Numbered from the stretch's first letter, positions 1 through 10,785 are shown. The stretch is DNA of 64,000 nt from a virus (IMGVR_UViG_3300027749_000070:1-64000); one strand, 5' to 3'. Program-made: numbers and translations. Notes: a model not told the origin generated them from the letters alone.

Positions 1-151
1 ATATTTTTTAATTATTTTTTTGTTAGATTAACTAACTAATAAAGTATATATAAAATATTTTATGGCACTATTAGTTATTTTACTAAACTTTTTTTATTTT
101 AAAAATATAAAGCTATTTTTAATATATATATTTATAATAAAATAAATTAAT

Positions 152-616
152 ATGAAATACTTAAAAGAATATGTTGACTGGGAATTACTTCTTGAAGAAG
201 CAAGACCAAAAGATGTTACTAAACAAGGTAAACCAATGACTAAAGGTGAGTGGATTAAAAAAGCCAAGGAAATATGGGGGCCAAATCGCTTTGATTATTC
301 AGAGGTAACAGGCTCAGAAGGCAAAGAACCATTTGATATGATGAAAAAAGTTCGAGTTTTATGTAACGATCATAAGAAAAAACATTTTATGGTATCACCG
401 ATACAACACATTAATAAAAATAGTCCAAAAGCAGGCTGCGAAGAGTGTGATAAAGATGAATTAAAATATGACGCACCAGGTTTTATACCAGGTGCATCAG
501 GCGAAAAAACAAAAGAAGGTGAATCACATTTTAGAAAACAATCAGCACACAGGGGAACTCCAAATAGACCTATGAGAACAAGAGGTGAATATAGCGGAAG
601 AGGTGGTAAAAGATAA
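152..616 (+). CDS. Hypothetical protein with MKYLK leader and DUF723-like Zn-ribbon DNA-binding module
   Basis: WIKKAKEIWG..FDYSEV..VLCNDH..F..SP..H....GCEEC resembles the Zn module repeated in phage homing endonucleases; no nuclease domain seen. Confidence 0.5.
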   Translation: MKYLKEYVDWELLLEEARPKDVTKQGKPMTKGEWIKKAKEIWGPNRFDYSEVTGSEGKEPFDMMKKVRVLCNDHKKKHFMVSPIQHINKNSPKAGCEECDKDELKYDAPGFIPGASGEKTKEGESHFRKQSAHRGTPNRPMRTRGEYSGRGGKR

Positions 617-661
617 ATAAAAAAAGCAACCAAATTGGTTGCTTTTTTTATTTATCTTTTA
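607..661. terminator. Bidirectional intrinsic terminator (27-bp perfect inverted repeat)
   Basis: taaaagataaataaaaaaagcaaccaa-a-ttggttgctttttttatttatctttta between convergent genes, with A/T tracts on both sides. Confidence 0.85.
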
Positions 662-906
662 ACTTTATTCATTATATTTGAAAGTCCACTTGTATATTGT
701 CCAGTATTTATATTAGGCATGGTTTGCTTTTGTCCTTCCTCATCTTTCTTTCTAGCTTTTTCTTTCTCGTCTATAATAGAGTTTGCTTGTTTAATATTTT
801 CTTCAAACATCCAAAATGGCCATTCGTCCATAGATACTTCGTTAGTATGAAAATTTTCCTGTAATAATAACTTATTCCTGAATAAATCTTTCAAAGGCAC
901 CATCAT
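652..906 (-). CDS. T4 gp51-like baseplate hub assembly protein
   Basis: LFRNKLLLQENFH...MDEWPFWMFE resembles the small gp51-like protein that follows gp26 in T4-like phages; start reassigned to ATG 906. Confidence 0.55.
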   Translation of the reverse strand: MMVPLKDLFRNKLLLQENFHTNEVSMDEWPFWMFEENIKQANSIIDEKEKARKKDEEGQKQTMPNINTGQYTSGLSNIMNKVKR

Positions 907-1807
907 CAACGAAAATACCTGACGCTCCGTTGGGAAATACCATTTCTGTGTGGACCTCCTTACCACACACAGTACAAACTTTTCTCAACTTTTCAACACC
1001 AAACTTCATATGAGTTACAGCGGAATTTAAAAATTGAAATGAGTCCACCGATAATGATTGGAATGTTTTTAATTGTTCTTTGATTTCTTTACTATCAATA
1101 TAATTTCTATCACCTAATAAAAATGGCATTATCTTTAAAAAAGATAAATTTGGGTCCTTCTTTTGACTTACTTCTTCTGTAATATACTCAGTAAATGATT
1201 TCTGAAGTCCTATGTTAGGCATAGTTAAATTAAACTCCTGACCATGATAATCAAATGTAAAACATCTATTATATGTATCAAAATATTTCTGCATAGTAGA
1301 ATTTAATTTAAAATAAACAAAATTAGCTGGTTTCAACTCTATTTGTATATCGCTTTTGCATTTACACTCTTTATTAACAGTTAAATACATACCTTGTTGG
1401 AACGTCAAATCTCTTATTAAGAATAACAAGTATATCCTATCTTGTTCTTTAAGATCTAAATAAGATGAAACATCACCATTAGAATATTTAACTCTAACAC
1501 ATGCCATTAACATATCATTCATTTTATCAATGATATCTGGAAAATTATTATCATCAACCATTGAATATGCTTGTATTTCTTTTACTAAAGCTGGTCTAAC
1601 TTGTATAGTAGTACCTGTTGGATAAAACATTCCACAAGGAAATAAACTACAATCAAATGCCTGATATTGCAAATCTGTAGTTCTAGAATTATCCTTTTGT
1701 TGTTTAGGAATTGTAGGTGTTTGGTCGTAAACTTTTTTGTTTTCTAATTTTTCAAGATGTTTTCTTAAATAATCCTCTTCCGAAAGAGCTTTTTGTTCTT
1801 GTTCCAT
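872..1807 (-). CDS. T4 gp26-like baseplate hub subunit / tail assembly protein
   Basis: IQVRPALVKEI, DRIYLLFLIRDLTF and two Cys pairs (CKC; CTVCG), typical of gp26-like hub proteins. Confidence 0.65.
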   Translation of the reverse strand: MEQEQKALSEEDYLRKHLEKLENKKVYDQTPTIPKQQKDNSRTTDLQYQAFDCSLFPCGMFYPTGTTIQVRPALVKEIQAYSMVDDNNFPDIIDKMNDMLMACVRVKYSNGDVSSYLDLKEQDRIYLLFLIRDLTFQQGMYLTVNKECKCKSDIQIELKPANFVYFKLNSTMQKYFDTYNRCFTFDYHGQEFNLTMPNIGLQKSFTEYITEEVSQKKDPNLSFLKIMPFLLGDRNYIDSKEIKEQLKTFQSLSVDSFQFLNSAVTHMKFGVEKLRKVCTVCGKEVHTEMVFPNGASGIFVDDGAFERFIQE

Positions 1808-1811
1808 AAAA

Positions 1812-1878
1812 AATGTAGTTATTTTTAATTATATATAAGAGATTGTCTCACTCCTATCATATTAAAAATAACTACATT
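1812..1878 (-). promoter_or_regulatory. 18-bp inverted repeat occluding the gp26-like start, with a late-promoter variant in the loop
   Basis: aatgtagttatttttaat (1812-1829) / attaaaaataactacatt (1861-1878); TTATATATA on the minus strand at 1830-1838. Confidence 0.6.
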
Positions 1879-1899
1879 AGTTTATTCTTTTAATAAAAA

Positions 1900-4800
1900 T
1901 TAACCCATAATTACTATACCACAACTTGATACATTAGATGATAATGTGATTGTTGCTTGTGTTAAACCACGAGTTGTATATGCGCCTAATATTTCTTCTC
2001 CTGTTGTATAATCAAATAATTGAATTATATAGAAATTAGTATTCAAATTATGTGCTATAACTTGACTTAAATTAGCTGTAAATGATTGTGTTCCAGAATA
2101 CTTATAAGGTTTCCAAGAACCAAATCCATTTACATCAGAGTTTAATATGTAACCAGCTCCTTGTGTAGTGTCTTTTAATTGAAAAGCATTACCTGTTGCT
2201 GATATAATTGATACGCTTCCAGCTATTTGCAATCTAGCTCCATTATTAGATATAGTACCAATTAATATATTGCTAGAAGTTTGATATATTACTGAACTTG
2301 TTAATGATGTTGTTGTATTGTAATATGGAATATATCCTTGTGACGCATTTATATTAGTAGTAAATGACATACTACCACCAGAATATGTTAATCCATATCC
2401 AGCAATATTAGGATTTATAGCTAATCCAGACATACTTACACTTAAACCACTATTCGCTTGTAAATTAACAGAGAAAGTATAACCAGATATAGTCATACCC
2501 AATCCAACTGGCATATACCATGAAGTATTACCATTTGAATCCGAAACTAAATATCTACCGGCAGCTTGTGCTGAATCAACAATTTTTAGATTACCATAGA
2601 AAGATGCACTACCAGAAACTACTAATTTTGAGCCATCACTTGATGCTGTTCCAATAATAGTATTGCCATTTTTGTCTACATTAAATTGAGATACTCCACT
2701 TTTTTGCAAATCTAAAAATAAAGATGCTGTTGCAGAATTAGTATCTGTGATATTCATCTTAATTGCGGTTGGAGTACCACTTGTATTCCAAGTTTGTGTT
2801 ATACTATAAGCAGAAGTTGAAAGAGATCCTAATAATTGTGCAACAGATTGAGTTATTGCACCATTTTTATCAATAGACCATCTAAATATAGATGATCCAC
2901 CATTTGAACCGTCTCTCCACTGTAAACTACCCACTTCATCAAGAACTAGTTGCGCATCATATGGGCTAGCGACGAGATTTGTAATTCCCAATCCCTTAGC
3001 ACCAATTGGTGCTATATTAGTATATCCAATACCCGCTTTAACAACACTATTTATGTAGAAATCTAAATTAGGATTACCACCAGATGCTGCATTTAGTCCT
3101 ATACCATTTGCACCATTAGTTGTGTTGGTAATTATTAAACCATTATTATTTAATGATGAATATCCTGAATTGGCATTAGAATATACTATTGGTACATTTA
3201 ATGTCATTGATGATGTTGCAAATAAAATTATATTATTGCCACCAGCAATAACTTGCATATTACGATTATCAGTTGTGCCTAATGTTGCTGTCGCACCAAA
3301 TGAATTACCACCTTGTGCAAAAAATGAACTACCCAATAAAGTTGAAGATGTCCAAGATGCTATACCATATTGGTCCGAAACTAATAATCTATTTGCAGCC
3401 TGTGTGCCATCAATAATTTTTAATTTACCATAAATAGATACGCTACCAGCTATTTGTAATCTTGACCCATCATTAGATGTTGTCGCAACTAATATATTAC
3501 TAGAAGTTTGATATATTACTGAACTTGTTAAAGATGTTACTGTATTGTAATATGGAATATATCCTTGTGAAGCATTTATATTAGTAGTAAATGACATACT
3601 ACCACCCGAATATGTTAATCCATATCCAGCTATATTTGGATTGACAGCCAACCCAGACATACTTACAGTTAAACCACTATTTGTTTGTAAATTAACAGAA
3701 AAAGTATAGCCAGATATAGTCATACCCAATCCAACTGGCATATACCATGAAGTATTACCATTTGAATCCGAAACTAAATATCTACCGGCAGCTTGTGTTG
3801 AATCAACAATTTTTAGATTACCATAAAAAGATGCACTACCAGAAACTACTAATTTTGAACCAGTTTCGGAAGTTGTTCCCATCAATATGTTACCAGTAGA
3901 AGGAGAATATATCCTTAAATTACCAAAACCATCTGATATAAATAATGTGTTTAAAGAATTATTCAAAGATGCATAAGCACCAGTTGTATCAAATCCACCT
4001 ATTATTACGCTATAACTTCCCAAAAAGTTTACACCAGCAGCATAACCCAAAAGTATATTATTAGAACCAGAAGAATTTACTCCACTATTATAACCAATTA
4101 TTATATTACCAGAACCAGAAGAATTTCCACCACTATTATAACCAATTACTACATTATATCCACCCGCATATCCAGCATAAGTTCCAATATATACACCAGC
4201 ATCACTAACACCAAATGCTGCTCTATATCCAATTGCTACATTATTAGGTGAATTGGAATTACTTAAAACATAATTACCAATTCCAATATTTTGTTTAGCT
4301 CCTGAAATACTATTAGATGCGCTAAATCCAATTGCTATATTATCAGTAGACTGATTGGAAACTAGTGCATTATCACCAATAGCTATATTATAGTTACCTG
4401 GAGTTGCTTGTGATAAAGCTCTATTACCAAATAATATGTTATTACCCAATCCTCTACCTATATTAATACTATTTATTATACCGTCATTAGTAAAACTAAA
4501 TGAACCAGCAACATATAGCTTTGAACCTACATTAGACGATGTTCCTATTAAAACATTATTAGATACTTGATATATAACAGAACTTGTTAATGATGTTGAT
4601 GTGTTAAAATATGGGAAAGAATTAGTAACACCATTAGAAACTAAGCCAGTTGAAGCTAATGAACCATTAGATAGAGTTAAACCAGAACCAATTTGTATTA
4701 TTACTGATGTTCCACTAAAAGTTAAACCACTATTTATACCAAGATTTACAGAGTAAGTATTTCCACTATATGTTAACCCAGAACCAGTATTTATGCCAAA

Positions 4801-5907
4801 ATTACCGGTTACACTCAAAGTACCACCAGAGAAGGATAATCCATAACCAATTGAATTTGGATTAATAGATAATCCATCTGTGCTTAAAGTTAAACCAGAA
4901 TTATTTGCTAATAGAATAGAATAAATAAAATTACTTTGTGTTAATCCAGAGTTATTTGAAATCGCAAGAGATACGGTACCCGTAAACACCGGTGTTTGCC
5001 AAGATGCAACACCATTAGCATCAGATGTTAAATATTTACCATTTCCTTGTGACCCATCTACATATCTAAACGAAGGTTGTGTTCCAAAGACATGAAGCTT
5101 ATGTGTTGGACTTGCTGTTCCAATACCAACTAACCCAAATGGAATAATAACAGAGGAAGTTGCATTGGACGACCCAGTTGCATTAACTCTAACTACATTT
5201 AAAATATTTACAGTATTTCCACTTACGGAACTTTGCGTACCACTTAAATATATAACATTATTGTCGGGGTCAAGAATGCCAAAATTAGGAGCATATATAT
5301 CAAGAAATCTATTAACGCCGCCTCTTGCCGTAATTTCTATGTTAGGAAATGAGTTAGAATTAAGGTATATACTAGACGCATCAATAGCCCCATTTACGAA
5401 TAAAGCAGGAGTATTAAAACTATTAGAAGCGGTAAATAAACTTATAAATGTCCCACCATCATAAATATTAGAATTAGTTATAGAATTAACATCATTAAAC
5501 TTAGGAATATACCCAGCAGTACCATTTATACCCTGACTAGAATATGGAATCCATATAGGAATACCTGAACTATTTACTGATAATATGTAACTTGCCGTTG
5601 CTGGTCCAAGTTGGCTAAAAACAGATGATGTCAAATATCCAACTTTTAACACACCATTAGCGAAAGTTAAACCATAATTATCTATATTAACAGATAAATT
5701 ATAATTATACAAACCAGAAGCAGTACTTGCGGTTAAGCCATTTCCTATATTATAAGATAGCGATTGTATTCTTTCAATACCGTCACTATTCATAGAGTAC
5801 CAATTACCATCTGTTTTAGGGTAAATTATAGAAGTATTACTACTTGGTGTTGCAACAATAGAAACTTGCTGCCATTCTTGTATATTATATATTTTATTAA
5901 CGCTCAT
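1900..5907 (-). CDS. Long tail fibre / adhesin-like virion protein
   Basis: 1335 aa, G/S/T/N-rich; GxGLT repeats, NIAIG/NxxIG trimeric beta-roll repeats, VGIGTxSP fibre motifs, C-terminal HNLNT motif. Confidence 0.75.
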   Translation of the reverse strand: MSVNKIYNIQEWQQVSIVATPSSNTSIIYPKTDGNWYSMNSDGIERIQSLSYNIGNGLTASTASGLYNYNLSVNIDNYGLTFANGVLKVGYLTSSVFSQLGPATASYILSVNSSGIPIWIPYSSQGINGTAGYIPKFNDVNSITNSNIYDGGTFISLFTASNSFNTPALFVNGAIDASSIYLNSNSFPNIEITARGGVNRFLDIYAPNFGILDPDNNVIYLSGTQSSVSGNTVNILNVVRVNATGSSNATSSVIIPFGLVGIGTASPTHKLHVFGTQPSFRYVDGSQGNGKYLTSDANGVASWQTPVFTGTVSLAISNNSGLTQSNFIYSILLANNSGLTLSTDGLSINPNSIGYGLSFSGGTLSVTGNFGINTGSGLTYSGNTYSVNLGINSGLTFSGTSVIIQIGSGLTLSNGSLASTGLVSNGVTNSFPYFNTSTSLTSSVIYQVSNNVLIGTSSNVGSKLYVAGSFSFTNDGIINSINIGRGLGNNILFGNRALSQATPGNYNIAIGDNALVSNQSTDNIAIGFSASNSISGAKQNIGIGNYVLSNSNSPNNVAIGYRAAFGVSDAGVYIGTYAGYAGGYNVVIGYNSGGNSSGSGNIIIGYNSGVNSSGSNNILLGYAAGVNFLGSYSVIIGGFDTTGAYASLNNSLNTLFISDGFGNLRIYSPSTGNILMGTTSETGSKLVVSGSASFYGNLKIVDSTQAAGRYLVSDSNGNTSWYMPVGLGMTISGYTFSVNLQTNSGLTVSMSGLAVNPNIAGYGLTYSGGSMSFTTNINASQGYIPYYNTVTSLTSSVIYQTSSNILVATTSNDGSRLQIAGSVSIYGKLKIIDGTQAANRLLVSDQYGIASWTSSTLLGSSFFAQGGNSFGATATLGTTDNRNMQVIAGGNNIILFATSSMTLNVPIVYSNANSGYSSLNNNGLIITNTTNGANGIGLNAASGGNPNLDFYINSVVKAGIGYTNIAPIGAKGLGITNLVASPYDAQLVLDEVGSLQWRDGSNGGSSIFRWSIDKNGAITQSVAQLLGSLSTSAYSITQTWNTSGTPTAIKMNITDTNSATASLFLDLQKSGVSQFNVDKNGNTIIGTASSDGSKLVVSGSASFYGNLKIVDSAQAAGRYLVSDSNGNTSWYMPVGLGMTISGYTFSVNLQANSGLSVSMSGLAINPNIAGYGLTYSGGSMSFTTNINASQGYIPYYNTTTSLTSSVIYQTSSNILIGTISNNGARLQIAGSVSIISATGNAFQLKDTTQGAGYILNSDVNGFGSWKPYKYSGTQSFTANLSQVIAHNLNTNFYIIQLFDYTTGEEILGAYTTRGLTQATITLSSNVSSCGIVIMG
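2210..3863. repeat. ~425-bp intragenic direct repeat (approx. 2210-2635 and 3438-3863)
   Basis: Copies offset by 1227 nt, both encoding GSKLVVSGSASFYGNLKIVDS...RLQIAGSVSI. Confidence 0.9.
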
Positions 5908-5911
5908 TTTA

Positions 5912-6643
5912 TTATCCTATTATATTTATTCTACCATTTGTTATATCACCATCAGTAGTTAGTATAACTGAATTAACATCATTTATTTGAATATTGGCTG
6001 TTATAAAGTTATTACTTACTCTTACTGAGTAAACTATATCTGTTGTGTTTAAACTATGTGTTATAGTCATCGGAATATTAGATGAGCTAGAAAAACTTGC
6101 TGAGTATTTAACATTTGCAGGTGTAGTATTAAAGTTTGGATCTGGTCCAGCTAAATCAGTAATTCTACTAAAATCTGTTAAATAAGTAAGTGTGCCGCTA
6201 CCAGAATAAGTTCCGGAACCAGTGAAAGTCAAGGTACCATTTATTATTATAACTCTACCCGCATTATCTAATGAACCACTTGCACCAATTGTTAATCCAC
6301 CATATACTAAATATTGATAATTAGTTGGTATACTAACTGTACCGTTAGTTATTAAATATTGAGTTCTAGTTACATTACCAGCTGATGGATTTGTTATAAA
6401 ATCTGTCCAATCAGATGATGAACCAACCCAAGGTCCAGGTAGTAGTTTATAATAACTACCATTTACACCAACAACCATACCAGTTCTTCTTCTATCATTT
6501 GGTATAGCGTCACGTTCGGTAGTGGAACTCACATTTCTTAAACCATCAATACCAAATAAAGGGTCAATAACAGGATATGTATCCTGCGTATCTGTTGGAG
6601 CTAGAAATCCCGTAACTGGTATTGATCCTGTATATCCTGCCAT
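5912..6643 (-). CDS. Virion structural / fibre-associated protein
   Basis: ERDAIPNDRRRTGMVV motif seen in phage structural proteins; C-terminal ITHSLNT motif shared with the fibre. Confidence 0.55.
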   Translation of the reverse strand: MAGYTGSIPVTGFLAPTDTQDTYPVIDPLFGIDGLRNVSSTTERDAIPNDRRRTGMVVGVNGSYYKLLPGPWVGSSSDWTDFITNPSAGNVTRTQYLITNGTVSIPTNYQYLVYGGLTIGASGSLDNAGRVIIINGTLTFTGSGTYSGSGTLTYLTDFSRITDLAGPDPNFNTTPANVKYSASFSSSSNIPMTITHSLNTTDIVYSVRVSNNFITANIQINDVNSVILTTDGDITNGRINIIG

Positions 6644-6658
6644 TTTTTATTTTTATTT

Positions 6659-7987
6659 TTATGAAATAATTACATTTGACATTGTTGCCGCCATCATGTA
6701 TTTAGTTCTATATATTTTATAATTTGTTGCAACACTATAAACATTAGAGTAATTAACTAATTTATAATTAAAATTGTTTGCACTAAAAGTATATCCATCT
6801 GTTGTATCAGCCATTACAATAGGCATATTATTCCATGCTATATTACTTATTGTTCCAAAACTATCTGGAACAATAATATATTTATATGTAGAATATGTAC
6901 CACCAGGTAAAATATAAGTTCCATATGGTGTTCCAGTTAAACTTTTTTGAAAAGAATTAAATGAATTAGTCAACCCAGATTGAGTTGATGAACCATAATA
7001 TACAGCATAGTTCCAATTAATACCAAATTGTGAAGTTATTCTTATACCACTTGTAGCTAAAACTGATAAACTATATGTTAAAGTAACCGGTACACTATAC
7101 TGCAAAGTCGGAAATGTATTACTAATAGGACCAGCGTTATTAGTTGGACCGTAAATAGCAGTTCCAGCGGTTCCATATATATAAGCACTATTTGAAGTAA
7201 GACTAGATGTGTTAGAAATAACCCAACTCATAGTATATGTTCCAGAAGGTTGTGCATATCCAACTTCATAAGAAGAAACATTTTGTATAGTAAAAGATGT
7301 TATACTAGGTTGCAAAGAAGGATATAACATCATATCAAATATACTATTAGCTGATACATTAGTAAATGTATCATTAGATTTTAATCCACCAACTGTATTT
7401 TCTGATGAAAATGTATTTGAATAAGGCGTATTTGGTTGGGACTTCAATGTCTGTCCAATATAAACATATACAGAAGCAGTCAAAGGAGCGGTATATGTTG
7501 TAATATCTTGATAAAAAATACCTGAATTATATTGCAAATACCATGTTCTAGCATCGGATGACGGTATAACTCCCACTCCAGGCACACTCACTTGTGGAAA
7601 ATACCCAGAATTATATATATCTGGTATTATATTTCTAACAACAGTTCCCGCTGAAATACTAGCTAAACTACCTTGACCATAAACAAATGCATTACCGGTG
7701 CTCAAATCTGTACCACTTGGTGGCGTACCTGTCCATAATAAAGCAAATGCGTGTCCGTTACTAGCTACAATACTACTCATACTAGCTACAATTTTAACTG
7801 CAATACCACTACTTACAGCGGTACTAGGTGATGGCGGAATCGTATTTAACCATATATTATCAGATGTTACATTAAATGAAGATTGATAACTCTCCGCATA
7901 CCAATCACTAGTAGTAGCACCTAATGCTCTACCAACAAGGTTTTTAAATGCAATATTAGTTAGTGTAAGTGGAGTTAATGACGGCAT
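6659..7987 (-). CDS. Virion structural protein (beta-rich)
   Basis: S/T/Y-rich; TVGGL...FDMMLYP segment paralogous to 10795..11799; late promoter upstream. Confidence 0.5.
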   Translation of the reverse strand: MPSLTPLTLTNIAFKNLVGRALGATTSDWYAESYQSSFNVTSDNIWLNTIPPSPSTAVSSGIAVKIVASMSSIVASNGHAFALLWTGTPPSGTDLSTGNAFVYGQGSLASISAGTVVRNIIPDIYNSGYFPQVSVPGVGVIPSSDARTWYLQYNSGIFYQDITTYTAPLTASVYVYIGQTLKSQPNTPYSNTFSSENTVGGLKSNDTFTNVSANSIFDMMLYPSLQPSITSFTIQNVSSYEVGYAQPSGTYTMSWVISNTSSLTSNSAYIYGTAGTAIYGPTNNAGPISNTFPTLQYSVPVTLTYSLSVLATSGIRITSQFGINWNYAVYYGSSTQSGLTNSFNSFQKSLTGTPYGTYILPGGTYSTYKYIIVPDSFGTISNIAWNNMPIVMADTTDGYTFSANNFNYKLVNYSNVYSVATNYKIYRTKYMMAATMSNVIIS

Positions 7988-8022
7988 TATAAAATTAATA
8001 TATTTATGTTATATATTAATTT

Positions 8023-10785
8023 TTAATAACCTGTTAAAGTAATACTTGTTATATTTCCAATCCATCCACTAGGCACAGTTATTCTTAGAACTACATAACC
8101 ATTAGCAGTATCAACACCATATCCCTGATAACCAACATTTAGAGTCCATGTTGTATTTGTTATAGTAGTTGTAGGAACAGTCTCGGCACATCCGACACCT
8201 GCAGTCATTGGATTATTAGTTAGAGTAAACGCAGAAGATGTATCTAACCAATCCGATAATGCGGAAGAAACACCCGGAACTTTCATTTCAAGCTTCATCT
8301 TATTTGAAGATGATGTCAACGTTCCAGATGAAGTTACTAACGTTGCAGAACCAACTACTGTTATAGTAAATTTAGTATAAACTGTTGAAGTTCCAAAATA
8401 AAATTTTCTATAATAATATTTAACACCAGTTAATCCAGAATAATTCGTATTTGAAATACCAAAATTTGGATTAGTTGTTGTTGATGTTCCAAATGTACTA
8501 AAATTTAAATTTGCTGGATATCTTAATCCACCATTATAGATTTGTAAATCCGTTGTTGCTTGTATTGAAGCAGTGCTACCATATACATTAGAAACTGATA
8601 TAACCGCACTTACTGTATCATAACTATCATTTTTTAGACGATATATTTCGTCACAGAAATTTTCTATTGTATTACTGGATAATCCACTAACGGTATCTAA
8701 ACAAAGTGTATTTGAAGTAGCTAATGCGCCAGTACCAGTAGTAAATGATTTAACACCACCATTATATGATGGTTTTTTAACGCTACTTATATAGCAACTA
8801 ACTGGATCATTAATTCTTCTAACTCTTGAACTTATATTAAATATAAATGTAGTACTATCACTAATCAAATTAAAATTACTACTATTGCTTGCTAATGTAG
8901 GAAGTGATTTATTTGCATTTAATGTAGGAGCAGGTGCTGCGTTGCTTGATACTGGATTATCACTAATAACTATTGCCGCTGCATCCCCAGAATAAACATT
9001 GCTATATGCATTAGCAACAGTATAATTATATTGAATACTTAAACTTGTATAATACTGAATACCAGATATATATTTTGGGGCACCCGTACTAATGTTATTT
9101 AAAGAACCACCACCAGGAATTGGAGCTTCTGGGTTATCATCAACTATAAATTCTATACCTGCTAATTTAATTATACTAGTTGTAGTATCTTGTATAACTG
9201 TAGCATAATTATACCCTCTTGTTATACCATATTGATTAGCTGTTAAACCAATTGAAGCTGTATAAGAATAAGGACCCAATAATGTTACTGCTGGTATATA
9301 ATATGAACCAGTTCTGCCATAAAATAAATCAAATGACGCACCACTTTGGAATTTAGAAGCGGTTGCGGCTGATAATACAAATCCTGGTAAGGTTAATCCA
9401 GAAGTATTATTAACACTATTTAATGTTGAAGACAAACTAACACTTGATACAGTTAATCCATTTATAATTAAATATAAACTACCAACATTTGCATTAGCAA
9501 ATGAATCAGCAGGATAAGCACCAACTGAACTTGCGGCTATACCATTATTTAATTTACCATAAATAGTTTGATATCTATCATTACTAGTTGTCGCAGCAAA
9601 TATACCAAGTCTATTTCCACTTGGTGTCCAAGTTCCATCAAGTGCTACTGATCCATAAGTTGCACCAGTAGCAGGATTAAAATTATACACATATCCAGGT
9701 AATGGAAAAGATAATTTTGCTGTTTGCCCAGCTGGTAATCCATTTATTATTGATAAATTTGGAGAAGGAGAAGGAACTAATGCAGCTAAAATTTTATTAA
9801 ATCTATCTACAGCTACACCGATTTCAGTTGAAGGAGTAAAGGAAGGGTAGTTATAAACACCACCAGAATAAGTATTACCAACTTCAGGATTACCTATTGA
9901 TGTTACTGCTGCTGAAAATGGTATTTGGAATTGAATACCATCCCATATTAATTGATATTCAATTCCTAATGTTAAATCAGCTGATGCAATATCTTGTAAT
10001 GCACTACCTACAATTTTTTTAATAGAAGCTGTACCAAGATTATTTATATTCATTGTAGCACTTGTTCCAACACTAGCTGTTAAAAACATTGTATAAAATA
10101 CAGATGGTTTATAATAACCAACTAAATTAGCATTAGCAGTATAATTAATACCGTTTGTCGAAGATGCGGTTAGAGAATAAACTTGGTTTACATACTCTTT
10201 TAACCATATACCACCAGAAGCATATATACCAACATATTTAAATATAACACCTTTTTCATCATCGGCACGAACTGTCATACCTTCAAATGGAAATGTAAAA
10301 TTCCAATAATTTACTCTTGAATCATACATTGCAATGTTATCAACATGTCCATTCCAGTTTGTACTTCTAATATCTGTTGATGTGCCACCAATAGCTCCTG
10401 TTATTAAGTATCTATCATCATTATTTAAAATAGAAGGTATTGAACTTGTTCTTGAAATAACAGAATCTTGCCATTCCATTGGTCTAGTTTGTGGAATACC
10501 ACTATACTGAACCCAGTTATTAGGATCGGTTGATGCTGTGCTATTATAAGCATATTGTAATACATATGTATTATTATTAGAAGCAGTTGGGTCATTATAA
10601 ACAGTAGCCAACATACCAAATTCAAATCTAGATGGATAAGCGGTTTGTGCTGACAACATATTATCATATGTTATATAAGAATGATGTCCACCCTTTGCTT
10701 CGCTTGAAAATATTACGGCAATTGGGTCTAACGAATCATTTGGTCTAAGTGGTGATGTTATTAATGTTCCTATATTTTGTGACAT
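8023..10785 (-). CDS. Large virion structural protein
   Basis: 920 aa, S/T/G-rich; DUF2793-like segment (DRYLI...WNGH.DNIA.Y...WNF..P.EGM). Confidence 0.55.
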   Translation of the reverse strand: MSQNIGTLITSPLRPNDSLDPIAVIFSSEAKGGHHSYITYDNMLSAQTAYPSRFEFGMLATVYNDPTASNNNTYVLQYAYNSTASTDPNNWVQYSGIPQTRPMEWQDSVISRTSSIPSILNNDDRYLITGAIGGTSTDIRSTNWNGHVDNIAMYDSRVNYWNFTFPFEGMTVRADDEKGVIFKYVGIYASGGIWLKEYVNQVYSLTASSTNGINYTANANLVGYYKPSVFYTMFLTASVGTSATMNINNLGTASIKKIVGSALQDIASADLTLGIEYQLIWDGIQFQIPFSAAVTSIGNPEVGNTYSGGVYNYPSFTPSTEIGVAVDRFNKILAALVPSPSPNLSIINGLPAGQTAKLSFPLPGYVYNFNPATGATYGSVALDGTWTPSGNRLGIFAATTSNDRYQTIYGKLNNGIAASSVGAYPADSFANANVGSLYLIINGLTVSSVSLSSTLNSVNNTSGLTLPGFVLSAATASKFQSGASFDLFYGRTGSYYIPAVTLLGPYSYTASIGLTANQYGITRGYNYATVIQDTTTSIIKLAGIEFIVDDNPEAPIPGGGSLNNISTGAPKYISGIQYYTSLSIQYNYTVANAYSNVYSGDAAAIVISDNPVSSNAAPAPTLNANKSLPTLASNSSNFNLISDSTTFIFNISSRVRRINDPVSCYISSVKKPSYNGGVKSFTTGTGALATSNTLCLDTVSGLSSNTIENFCDEIYRLKNDSYDTVSAVISVSNVYGSTASIQATTDLQIYNGGLRYPANLNFSTFGTSTTTNPNFGISNTNYSGLTGVKYYYRKFYFGTSTVYTKFTITVVGSATLVTSSGTLTSSSNKMKLEMKVPGVSSALSDWLDTSSAFTLTNNPMTAGVGCAETVPTTTITNTTWTLNVGYQGYGVDTANGYVVLRITVPSGWIGNITSITLTGY

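Noticed and set aside
370-850. ORFs 370..633 (-) and 635..850 (+) with identical MVAFFIYLL starts
   Set aside because: Artefact of the terminator palindrome; antisense shadows of real genes
2210-3863. DGR template/variable repeat pair
   Set aside because: Both copies are in-frame in one gene, differences are not adenine-specific and are largely synonymous, and no reverse transcriptase is present in the window
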